DNA of 64,000 bases from Aplysia californica (lineage: Eukaryota): contig NW_004797437.1 in the NCBI RefSeq assembly GCF_000002075.1, positions 532,972-596,971 of the forward strand, in the 5' to 3' direction. Shown here piece by piece: positions 25,678 to 38,500 of the stretch (its first letter is position 1; the number at the start of each line of letters is the position of its first letter). The notes below the pieces were generated by a model. The model was not told the origin of the DNA, ran no database searches, and was given only the letters and a program-made list of their open reading frames with translations. A program made the translations under genes and the position numbers.

Positions 25678-28600
25678 CCACTCCCACCCCCTACCCCAAT
25701 CTTCCCCTTCCCTCTCCCAGAATCAATAGAGAAGAGAAGTAAGCAGCGTTACCTGTAACCATGATGTTGAGTCCACCGTGCTTGTTCACAGAGATGGCCT
25801 GACCGTCCACTGAAATGGCCTGGCCGTCCAGGATGATCTGCTGCTCGGGTCCCAGGTTGGCCGGGATCTGGATGGTGGCCTGGCTGGTGCCTCCGCTGGA
25901 GGTGGGGATGGCCAACACTTGCTCGATCATCATCACATTGCAGGTCGCCTGGTGCTCCTGGACATCAGCAAAAACATCACACACAATATTAGTCATCATC
26001 ATTGCCTTTCTCACCCTGGATCAGGATATAGGCCACGAACAAACATTTTAAAGCATGCTCGTTTGTGTTTCTTTAATTTTCCGTTTTTATTGGGTTGGGC
26101 AGTTGGCCCTCCGCAAATTGGCACTTTCGGGAGACCAGACTGAAGTATCTTTAGTCGCCTCTTATGACACGCAGTATCACAGCAAGCGTATTTTTTGCTC
26201 CCCCGTAGTAAAACTATGGGGCCCCCCACCTGAAGGGGCGGCAATATTTGTACAAGACATTAACTCCTGATCTCTGGCAAGCCAGGACTGCTGTGCAGTG
26301 TCAGCATCTCTGTCAAATCCCTTTATGGCAATGACAATAGGGTCTATATACATTTTCGACACTCGCAAAAAGTAGGTCTCCCTTGCCATGTGTTCTTTCC
26401 TTTGATGGAGAACTATCAAAAATGGTTCATTTCCTTTGATTCAATAACCGATTTAGTGGCGTGTATGTCGCTCTCAGGTTTCGTTCTGAAATAGGATGCT
26501 GTCATAGTGTGCGTGGGAGGACCCTCCAGAGATAAAGAGTTATAGCAGCTCTACAGTTTAGTCGCTTCTTTTTTTCCCATGATGAAAAAGAGGAATAAAA
26601 GGTGATTATACAGAAAAAATTCTGGTTGCCATAGGAATGGAGACCTGCTTGGAAAATAAGAGCAAAAATAATGGGTACCAGGTTGGGTTTTTTTGGTAAT
26701 CATTTCAAATGCAAAATGACCAACTTAATTTTTTCACAAGCAATGATGCATCATTTGAATATAAAGAAAAGTTTCTGTCACAATCAGAATGAAACCAAGG
26801 CCTGTTGAAAGTGAATTCTTTATTTAGTCGTTCATAGTAATAAACTTTTTCGCATTCATTGGTTGACCAGGCATAGGACATCATTGTTTGTTGAGGCTGA
26901 GTTTATCAATGCCACAGTCAATATATACAGTCACATACAACTCAAATCACATCAGGGACTGACAAATGTGTTTGCCATATCCATAATTCGGGTTTGCCGA
27001 TAATGAAGATTTAAAGAGATATCAGTCAGGGCATGGCAAATGGTACGCTCTATTCGAGACTTTGAGCTCTCCTAGTTCATGTTTTGTGTGCCCAGTTGTA
27101 CTTATGTGCAAACACCTAATAAACAAATAACGACCAAATTTCTTCCATGATGCCTCAACATCGCTTGTTGTATAAATATAACAACATAAAGGCGACACTC
27201 TCTATCAGATTCACAAGTATTACCTTTAGGGCGTACTCCGAGCGGAAGTGCTTGTTGCATTTATCACAGATAAGCATCTTGATGTCCTGATGTTTGCGTT
27301 CAATGTGTTTTCTGATGTCCGTGAAGGTGTAGCCGAAAAAATCACACACACCACACTTGTAGTCCCGCTGACCATAATGCCTGAAACAGAGAGAAAAAGA
27401 GTTTTTAAAAAAGCTCATTGGTTGAAATAATTAAATTTTTAAAATGATAACAATAATGGAGCTTAAAAGGAAATAAAAGCCCAACACTAGGCAAAGAGAC
27501 CCAAAACTCTAAAGGAGCCTAGAGGACCTGTAGCGAACAGCAGCCTTTGCACTTGAGACTGGGATATCCATAAAATAAACGAGAAGAAGAAGTTATGTAG
27601 CATAACAATATCCCAGCTTGAAAGTAGGCTATGGGCATTTAGCAATTTATTATTAATCTATCAGACCCTATAAATAACATTTCAAAACATTCTCAACTTC
27701 CTGGGAAGCTTTCAATCCAAGAGACCATTTTATAGAGGATAAAACATTGAGGGTAAAAAAAACCCAACCTCATTTAAAAATCATCAGTAGTGACCTCCTC
27801 CCCTCCCATGGGGATACATTTTTTTTAATGGGTTGTTAACTCACTGAAGACTGGGCCTTTTTCGGGTCTACAAGCGCTGAAGATTAGCATTTTTGGGGGG
27901 TATTTCAACATTTCAAACAACACCCTTCCCAAAAACATACAACCATCATTTTTACACACATGCCCAATACGACACAAAAAAACAGAAAGGCAATATCTCT
28001 TATAGTTCTTTAGAAAAGATTTTTTGAAAATGTGCTCAAATTTGTTGCTCGCCAATATTTTTTGACGTAATGTCTCGTGTAAAAAAAAACCAACAAAACC
28101 CCACAAAAATTAACCTTGTGTGTCTTTTTTATTGTGTTTTGTGTTTCAAAATGAATAAAAAATCCAAACTCATGCATTGGAAGGTAATCAATATGGTAAT
28201 GCTTATGTATTAGCTGTCTAATTCACTTCGGTGTGAAAAAAACAGGTCTCGAGACAAAGCGGAATTTTGTATTTGAAAGCCTAGTCTAGATCTAGAACAC
28301 TCTCTATCAGAATCAGTGCTTTGATGCTCATTTACATTGAAATCAGGATCACCATGGTCTAAAATATCATAATCAGAATTTTCTGAACTGTCAAAGTCGT
28401 CAAACACTTGAAAAATGTTTGCTTTTTCGTGCAGTCAAGTGGGTGGTTTGCTCTGGTGTGGTTTGCTCCTTCTTTCCTATCAAACAACTCTCATACTGAT
28501 CTCTCCTCCTCCTTTTTTTGTGTTTGTTACTCTCTTGTAACACCTAATCTTCGGCACTTATATAATCTTATTGTGTTGCACATGCCATAAAAACTCTTAC

Positions 28601-29499
28601 TTAACCTAAACGTGTTGCCATCGTACTGACAAAGTGTTGCCAGAACATATGTCAGAGAAACGAAAGAAGGGCCTCAGTGTGACTAGCTTTCCTTTCGGGT
28701 CAATAACTCAAAAAGTTTCCAGCCAATTCTGGTGGAACTTCGCACGACACGAAACAAAGGTCGGCTGTACAGTAAGAGATGGTTCATGCATCGTTTGCAT
28801 GCATACTTTGCCGAGGAAAAAACCCGACACTTGTGCAAGCAGGGGGGGGGCGAGAACCGCCTCTCAGGGAAATATTGGTGCTAGCAAAATCTGCATGAAA
28901 CCTCTCCAGTGAGTTAATATGATGGATTGTTCAAATCAATCCAAAGCAGCCATGAAAATCCATTCCTCAGTCTTTAAAGCTGAAATATATGAATTCCAAC
29001 TCTTCCATGCTAATATCTTTTATATCCATCCTCCTCCTTCACCCCCTTCCCAATCCCCTTCCAACATAGCCACCTACCCCAATCCATCTTTCTCCTCCCT
29101 TGTAAAAAAAAGACTATTTCTCATACTGGACACATCCAGTCCAAAATCTATGAAAAGAAAAACAAAGAAATGCCCCCTGGATTATTTCAGAGATGACTGC
29201 ACTCTTTAACCAAACAGCCACAAATACATTACTGACAAAAGAACACTTTAGCAGAGGCAGTGCCAGTCATTAGGCAGGACAATTCAGAAGGCTGAGACCT
29301 CGGCCAAGTCAATCAATAAACATGACTTTTCCTCATTCTATTACACGCCAGTGGCCTGAGGGTGCCACTGGTATAGTACCTCCTTAACTTCTTTGTTATC
29401 CCTTCCTATTAAAATTTCTGTCTGTCTCTCTTGCTTTTTCTGATCACAAATTGCGTCTTATTGCCTCTACATCCTTCTCTTTACTTTAAAGAAAAACCA

Positions 29500-29532
<33 letters not shown>

Positions 29533-32500
29533 AGACTCAATCCAAGTGCAAACTGGACCCCGCTAGTCGCCGAACTCACCTCTTGACATGCAGCTCTTTA
29601 TTCTTGATATGCCTGAAGGTCTTGCCACACCTTTCGCAGGCATGCTTGGGCTCCTCGTGGATCAGCATGTGTTTGGAAATATCCGACCTCTCACATCCCC
29701 TGGAATGTATGGATGGAAAATATTTCACACTCTCATTGACAAATGTTCCTTTTATTTCAATATTCAAAGGTGGATTCCTTTGACGGTGCTAGCCACCAAA
29801 GCCAACCAGGGCCCACTGAGACACAACATCTGTGCAGAAAGACAAAGATGCTCCCTAATATACAGACTTCCCGACAGGCGGACCTTTTTTTAAAAAAGTT
29901 TTAGTGTTAGTAAGAGAATTACGGCACTTGAAACACAATTGGATCATACAAGTGCCAAAGATTAGAGGTGTCACAAGAGAGTATCAAACCAAAAAAAAAA
30001 GAAAGAGAGGAGAGATAAAGAAGACAGATGTTTGATAGGAAAGAAGGAGCAAACTGCACCAGTACACCTGCCAACTACACAAAAACCAGGATCAAACTCA
30101 TGCTCTTTGAGCACAACACCGAAGTCCCTAACCATTCAAGTTGAGACATCAGTCTCACAGCCCCTTGGACACAAACAAAAAACAGGCTCTCAAACAAAAG
30201 ATCATCCTAGTAGGCACTATCAGTTGAGGGAAAAGGGGATCATTGTCTTTCTCTTTCCTAGTACTAAACGACCTTTACTGGGGCGCTTCTCTTTATTCAA
30301 ATGCAAATAACAACAACAAAAAAGCAGACATACTGACCTGTAATCACAGATCAGGCACTTGAAAGGTTTCTCTGGGTCGTGGATCCTCAGATGCCGCTTC
30401 AGGTGGGCCTTGCGCGTGAACTTCTTAGTGCAGATGTTGCACTCAAACAACACCTCGGCCGGCATGTGCACCATCTTCACATGCATCTTGAGAATGTACA
30501 TGTCCTGAGGAAAAGTAAGGACATTTTGAGAATGTACATGTCCAGAGGAAAAGTAAGGACATTTTGAGAATGTACATGTCCTGAGGAAAAGTAAGGACAT
30601 TTTGAGAATGTACATGTCCTGAGGAAAAGTAAGGACATTTTGAGAATGTACATGTCAGGACACTTCCTTAGGAAAAGTGAGAACATTTTCTGGGTGTATA
30701 TGTCCTGAGGAAAAATTGAGGACATTTTGTGGGTGTACATATCGTGAGGAAAAGTGAGGATATTCTGGGGATGGATGTACATATCCTGAGGAAAAGTGAT
30801 GAGGAAAAGTGAGGAAATTAATCAAATTTTTGGATGTATCCTGAGGAAAAGTGAGGATATTTTGTGCATGTATCCTGAGGAAAAGTGAGGAGGAAAAGCG
30901 AAGATATTCTGTGGATGTACATATCCTGAGGAAAAGTGAGGACATTTTGAGGATGTAAATGTCCCAGGGAAACAGGCAGGACATTTTATACATGTCCTGG
31001 AGAAAAGTGAAGACCCATCAAAACCAGTTCATGTAGAAGAGAGGACATGAGCAAGTTATACGTCATAGAGCTAAAACTGTTCCCAAAACTAACAGCATCG
31101 ATTTCCAGGTGAAATCAATTTTTCTGGTAATATTAAGAGTTGCTATACAAGAAAAGGAGCATGGAACTGTTTTCTAAAAGTTTCTCAGAGGTCAGCCTTT
31201 GTGCAGAGCAAAATACCACTCTACATAAAACAGTTATGTCAGCCGTAGGCCTCGAATCTTTAATGTTGAGTTGTAGCTATTTTTGTTTTGGTGCCACTTG
31301 GTGCCACACAAGAACATGTTCACTCAATCATTAGGTAACTGGTCACAATCACAATAAAGTCCATGACCATCAAAATAACAGAAAAAAATCACATGATGTA
31401 TTTTCAATTCAAAAGAAAAAAAAATCACAAAAACACACCTGAATTTAACATTTTGTGGTAAAAATCTTATAATCAGACTACAGCCTGACTTACTGCAAAC
31501 TCAAAGGAGTTAGTGGTGCCCCCTACCTTGTAGACTTTGCCACAGATATTGCAGGTGCAGCTCTTGGTGTCGTGCCTCATCATATGTCGCTTGATGATAT
31601 AAGCGTGCTCTGCCATGTAGTCACATTCAGGACATATGCAGCGAGGGTGAAACTCCTGAAGACAGAAGAACAAAAAAAAAACATTCATGATCATTTCGAT
31701 GCTCAAGAATTACAAAGTTCTATTTGCACAGTAACTAGTTTCAAGAAACTTGACGTAAAAAAACATGTCAAGCTTTTGTTTGTTTTAGTAAGAGTTTTAC
31801 TGCCCTCGCAACTGCATAAGGTCATATGAGCGGGCAAAAAAAGGTTGGTTCTGTTTGCAAGAGTACACTGCACAGCCTAACTCTGGTCAACACCTCTACT
31901 AAAATGCTAAAATGCTAAAAAATTTGATGTAAATAAATTAATTTAAAACAACTGTCAAGCTTTTTCAAATGCAATTCTTTGAATATCCTGATAACGACAG
32001 TGAATTATCTTACGATTTTGATAGAGCATTTGGTCTTAATAACTCAAAACGGCCAAAATTGTCAGGTAAAACTTTGTCATTCTAAGGTAGCAATTTATTG
32101 AGTTGCTGAATATAATATACAGAGAACAACCATGCAGTACACTCCAACTTTCTTCCAAAAGTATGTAGAGCATAATACAGTTTAATGATGAAAAGAAAAG
32201 TTTTCCTTAAATCATATATCAAATTTTCTTGCGCGTGAAATCGCCAGGACCCCAAAGTCAAAGAGTCACCAGTTCTGACCTTGAAGTGGGCTAACAATTC
32301 CTCACTGTCCAGTGAGATAAACGAGCAGCACTTGCACTTCTGAATGTCGTCGCCGTGCGTGGCAATGTGGTTGCGGTACTGCTGACTGTAGTAACCCTGG
32401 AAGTCACACTTAGGGCATTTGAGCTTCTCTAGCTCCCGCTCCGAGGCTTTCAGACCTACATGAGAAAAACAAATGCCGTGAGCATCAAGTTGACCAACAT

Positions 32501-35500
32501 AAGAGAAACAAATCTGTGTGGTGAGTTGACTTAACTGAGGAAAACCAGGTCATAATTGCAGAAAATAAAGGCCCATTCTCGAAATCCAGAAATAAAATCA
32601 CAGCAAACTAACAGAACCTTTATTATGTAAAGGGAAATTATTCATAATAATCACAGAGCTAGTTCTACCCATTGTACAAGAATTTTACCTTTAACAAAAA
32701 ATGTATCGGCATACAATTCAACTTAAGTCTAATGCAAAGGGTAGCAGTGGATTTTCAACCTAAACATCCTTAAAAAATCTATCAAGGCTGAAATGAAAGT
32801 GAATAATGAGGAAAAGAAAGCTCACAAGGAAAAATACAATAACACAAAAAGGAAAGATAAAGCAAACATTGGAACAGGTCCACAAATACTCAGAGGAGAT
32901 GTCTGATCGCTGAAAGTCTGTCACTTCTAGGAACACCCAGCTCTAGGCCACCGTACAGCTCAACATGCATAGAACCGCCATTGCTGTCCCATAATTTTGA
33001 AAACTGAAGCACTTGAGTAGCGTTACAGTATACAAAGGACTGGTAAAGTGCACACTTCACTCAAATACATTTCTCATGTCATAATAGTCATATGACAGAT
33101 TACTTTCTGAAAAATTCACAAAGTACACTGGAGAGCCTACTGCTAGAGCCAGATTTGACTAGGCTTGCCAGACGTTTGGATCCACAGATTTTTCAAGTTT
33201 TACATGCTTATTCTATGTGCATGCCTACAACACTTGTGTTGGCATGAACGAAGACCTCTGATTGGTCCCACAAGATTGCTGTGTCTCTGATAGTCACATG
33301 TAATGGATAATGTATTAAACGCAATAGGCTTAAACATGAAATAATCATTCATGGTGCGGGCAATTGAAAGTCCCTTGGAATAGCATAGAGACACTTCATT
33401 GCAGGACAAAAATATGGTAAGCTGCATAAACGAGGACAATTCGCCCTGGAAGTGACTTCAGCGAGACTGGGTCTGCTCATTTAAAAGTTCAATGAATATT
33501 AGTATTAGTTGTTTTAATGGCTTTGATGCATTTTTAAAAAAGGAAGTTCCTTCTTATTTCAGTGAGCTCAGGAGTTTTCATTGAGTCCTAGTGAATTTCA
33601 TAGAAATTTTAAAGAGTTATTGTCAAAAATTCCTATGGCTGTTACACTAAACCGTGATCAGCCTATCCTCTAGGCTTTCAACAGTACACGGATTAACATA
33701 CAAAACATTGGACAAAGTGGCAATGACTAAAACAAAGTGTGTAAATCACTTAACGTACCACTGGCAGTCCACTACTAGTGAGCATTAATGATGAAAAAAA
33801 CAACAACCACAGGACCACAATTGCCAAACTGGTTTCCTCAATATTTTGATAAATGTAGGTGTTTTTACACCTCATTCAACATAATTTAGATAATTTAGAA
33901 GGCAACCTTCTACCCCTGTCTGTCAGGACCAACCTGAGCTAAGAGGGATACAAACATCTCAAGAGAAAGACCGAGACTCTCAACAAAAGCCTTCTCCCAA
34001 CTTGGACGTGGAACTCAGATCTCCTGCATGCGACAACTTATACGCGGTGCCCACTATGGATGGGATCGGCCGATCAGCCCGATCCCCTGACTCGATCGCC
34101 TCAAAAGCAAACGTGTTTGTTTTCAGTTTCAGGCGATCAAGTCGGGCGATCGGCCCGATCCAGCCGTAGTGGGCACCCCGTGTAAGGGTCTCACCATTAA
34201 ACCACAGACGTTGGTTGGCTTCTTCAAAAGCTCAAACAACAGATAAAGATCTTCAATAAATACCATCAAATGTTTTTTCGTTGTCAATCTGAGTAAAGAG
34301 AAACACACCGACACCAAGACAGACGAGCGAAAACTCCATTTCAACTTGAAGCTGCCATGTTGAAACATTAAAACCATAGTTCCCACAATAACAACAATTA
34401 GACTGAGAGCACTATCTTCTATAATAAAATGAGAAAGTGAAGACACAGAACAAACAGGCAAAATAAACAAAACCACTTCCACATACAGCTGAAACATGGG
34501 TGGTTGGAGAGATCTTACTTCTTCTATCCTCATTTTGTTTCTGTGCTCCAGTTATCTGATGTGCTGCACCAATTTATGTATTTGCTGAGTCATAAGATAT
34601 GATGAGTGGATGTATGCCCCAAAGGCCTTTCAAATAAATAAAATCATCTTGAAATCTTGAAATCTTATGCCTCAATCTTGTTTTTCCCCGGAACTTAACG
34701 GCCATGATTGTGTCATGTGCTTCTCTTTACTCAAATAAATAGCAGAAACAACACAAAGTTGCCATACCTATTTTAATCGGGTCCTTTTTAATTCCCAGCA
34801 TGGGCAGCAAGCTGTCCGGTATCTGAATCACTGTGGGTTGTGCCGACGAATCAGCGCCTCCAGCCGTCGTTGTATCTTTGGTCTTGTCTGAGGTCGATGT
34901 TGTGGCAGTGAAATTCATCATGCTGGCTGTGAATACAAAAAAGGGAATCTGAGACTATTTTCAAAGAAAAAAAATGACAAGCAAAAATCACACACGTTAA
35001 GTATATATTTCACCAAGTCCTATACAAACGCAGAGGGCATCTGCATTGACACCTCCACTCGTATACGGACTGACTTACCACAGACCTCCCAAACATACTG
35101 ACGAACAAACACAAGAGAAAATCTCAGAACAATTGGGAGAGAAAAAGAAAAGGAGTGGGGGAGATAGGATTCACTTAGACTCTTGCAGATCAAGATCTTG
35201 AAATGAATCTACTGAATAAATTAGAACACTGAACATGTAGTTACGTTTAGTATGTAGAAAAACAAAACGATCCAAGTCGTTGTTGTTGTTGTTGCTATCG
35301 ATCCAGCAACAGCAAGGCTCTCGCCCTTCTGTCCAATGCCATGCAGTGATAAGCGCTGATAAGATCATCAGCGTAGAGAGTCTTTTCAGATTTCAGCAAA
35401 TTCGTTACATCATTGAAGAAGATCAGGAACAAAGTGCAACTCGGACAGGAACCTTGGGGTAAGCCTTCCTCAAGTATGTCTCTTGACGAGTGAGCATTGC

Positions 35501-38500
35501 TTACCTTGGTTTCGATGTTTCGATCCACCAGGAAGAACTTGATCCACTTATATAGTTTGCAATAGATTCAGGAAAACAGAAAGTGTGAAGACAAACAGGA
35601 ATCTAGGGTTCACCTGTCAGAAAATATGTGTGTGTGCCTGGAAGAAAGTCCCAGTTGTCGGCAAAGCTAATTTTGAGCAACGGAGTGAAAAGGCCCAAAA
35701 ATTCAAACTGGTTAAAAATTTACTTTCATCAGAAAACACACATTTAACCATTTCTCAACAGCAAATTGAAAGGATTTTATAATATTTGAAGGCTTACCTT
35801 TTTTTAATTAGTTATTTTTCTGGCATATTATAATTCATCAAAAATCATTAAAATGTGTTAGAAATTGGGTTTTTATCCAAACTTTGTTTTTTACATCCCA
35901 TGTCACAAAATGTGGCATATCATTAAAACTATTCAAGATATTTTTTAAATTACAAAATTAGCTACAAAAATATGCCTTTATTTCAATATAAAAAATTTTC
36001 TACAACTGGGACCTTTCTGCAGTAGAGACGGGCGGGGAGCGCATTTTTCTTCCTAAACAAGCAGGCCAGGAAACTGACCTATTTCTCGCCGATCCCGGTC
36101 CCGGTCCCGAGAAGTGCTGGCCGACTCGTGACCAAATTCTCTTCTCTCGCCGTTGAATGAGCAGCCCGCTGAGCGCGAGGGACGGCTGTGGTCAGGATCT
36201 AAACTAGGCTAGCCCTGTTGCGCAGGCAGTGAAGGAGGAAGGTAGGGAGAGGCTGCGCGCCTAAGCATTGATCAACTCTCCACTCGCCTCGCCTCGCCAC
36301 CTTCTCCCCTCCCTTTCAGTTTCAGACATAGGATGGCACGGTGATGGGTGGCACTGTCTGTGTGTCAGTTCTCGCTGGCTGTGCTGATTTCTGTTGACGC
36401 CTCTCACTCTCGTTACTCGTTATGTCAAACTAACGAACGGTATCACTTCTCGGTACCGGCCAGTAGTTTAGTGGCCGGGCAGTGACGGGAACGGCCGTTC
36501 TCGCGAGAAACGGGTACTCGACTCGTCTCATGCCTGCTCCTATTCTCCAGGCACACACATATTTATATTATACCAGTGTGTGTTTCTGCCTCATTTACCA
36601 TCAATCCCATATGGTCAGGAGTATAAGGACACAAATCGGCACCATGCAAAACGGAACCAGGTCTTTCAAAAGGTAAGCAACTAAAACAAATCCGTTTTTT
36701 GAGGAAATTTGCCGTATCAGTTTATCATATGCATCGCAACTCCGCAATATATAGGAATGATTAGCGTAGTTTCACTTTGATCTGAATCACTTTCGCTAGA
36801 GAAAAACAGACACAAAAACTGTCATTTAGAGCGGGAAATATTAAAATAGACACACAGAAACAACAGAGGGATAGAAAAGAAGTAGGACCTACCAGTAGTG
36901 CCCTTCAACTACTCCCAATGACGGATAATGACAAAATACAACAAAAGACTATCACAGGAGAAGGGACCAAAAAAGCCTGTAAATTGGTCTCGCAAGAAAA
37001 GGTTAATTTTCCAGGTCCCCCTTAATTCTTCACTTGAACTATTCTGCTGTCTTAAGGCAGAGCAATGTAACTGCACATTTTATAACTTAAAGAAAAAAGC
37101 AATTAACTCGATGCTAATACTGACATTGGCTTGCATAGCTTTACTATTTAGAAAACTACGATTTCAAATGTAGATATATCATCCTGCCTTTGACACATTA
37201 AAGATTATTGGCAAAACTAGGGTTACAACCCAATAAAGCCAAATAAGTCACATTTGTCACACTTCCTTGGAACGGCAGTGTTCTAAGGCTGTAAACGTCT
37301 CCTTCTCTCACATAAGGAAACAGCAATCAAAGTTTGGAATTGAACTACCAATGTATGAACTTACCTGGAGTGTCCATAGTAATAACATTGTCCGAGGTAT
37401 CAGTGTTGTCCCCAACAATGGGAATAGTGTCACCTTGCAGAGCACTTGGGATAATACTGTTGCTGTCAAGCACTGAGGATGTAGTAAACACAACAGAACG
37501 TTGAAAACTTGTCTTGAAAAACAAAAGTGATAACAGGACAACCCAAGCATCCAAGCACCCAAGCTCAGAAACAGGGCACAGGGCACAGCACAGTGGAAAC
37601 CAGCAGTGTGTATTTGTTATACATGTAATAGAGTGGTCTCCAGCTCACAGAATGCACTTCGGGTACCAAGAAAAGAGTGCTCTTACGCAAATGTGCTAAT
37701 GAGTGAAATTTAAAGTAGAATAATCAAGAGTATGGTATATATTCCGCTGAATTTCATTGATCCGAAACCGTCGTGCATCTGATCTCCTGCAGTGGGTTGC
37801 ACCATTGAGCTGAACTAGTCCCAAGGAGTGAAGTTTTCCTACATCTACTAATTAATTACAGAGAACTGTTCTGTTATAATTATAGCATAGCCCTCTCACA
37901 CACTCCACCCATTATGAAGCAGAGCACTGGTTTTCCTCATTATTTACGCATTTTTGCCTCACACCATAACCTTATTTCTTTTTCTCCCTGACAAAGCCGC
38001 AACTTCAAGAGATAAGGGAGAGCAGATCATGTTTGCTTCGCTTCCATCAGTTTCAAGTGAAATGAATTGATTTTTATGGCTGATCCTTCCTGACGTTAGC
38101 ACAAGAACAATCATGCTTTTAGACAAAGTTGTCGATTTGACAAGTGGTCTTACGAGAGATAATTATATGGGGAAAATTCAGTTCTGAACAGCTGCTGTGA
38201 TTTAAGGCGGATCGTGTCTTTATCCAGCAAGTTATTAGCCGGAAACCACTGTAATATTTGAATTGGCATGACATTGTTTATCATCTGATAAATTAAGAAT
38301 TTTTGTTTGTATATATTTATGTATGCATTGTACAACAAATTTTTAGTTCCTAAAGTGGGTCAATGTAGGTAGTATTTTAATTCATATTTAAAACATCATT
38401 TTATTTAAAGTCAACCGTTTGATCTTCAAAGCACAACTATAGGTTAGAATCAAATAATCTCTTTTAAGTATAACAGTCATGATGTGATAAGAATACAAAC

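Noticed and set aside
30489-30660. 38-bp repeats as a CRISPR array
   Set aside because: Units are contiguous with no unique spacers, there are no cas genes, and the context is a eukaryotic intron.
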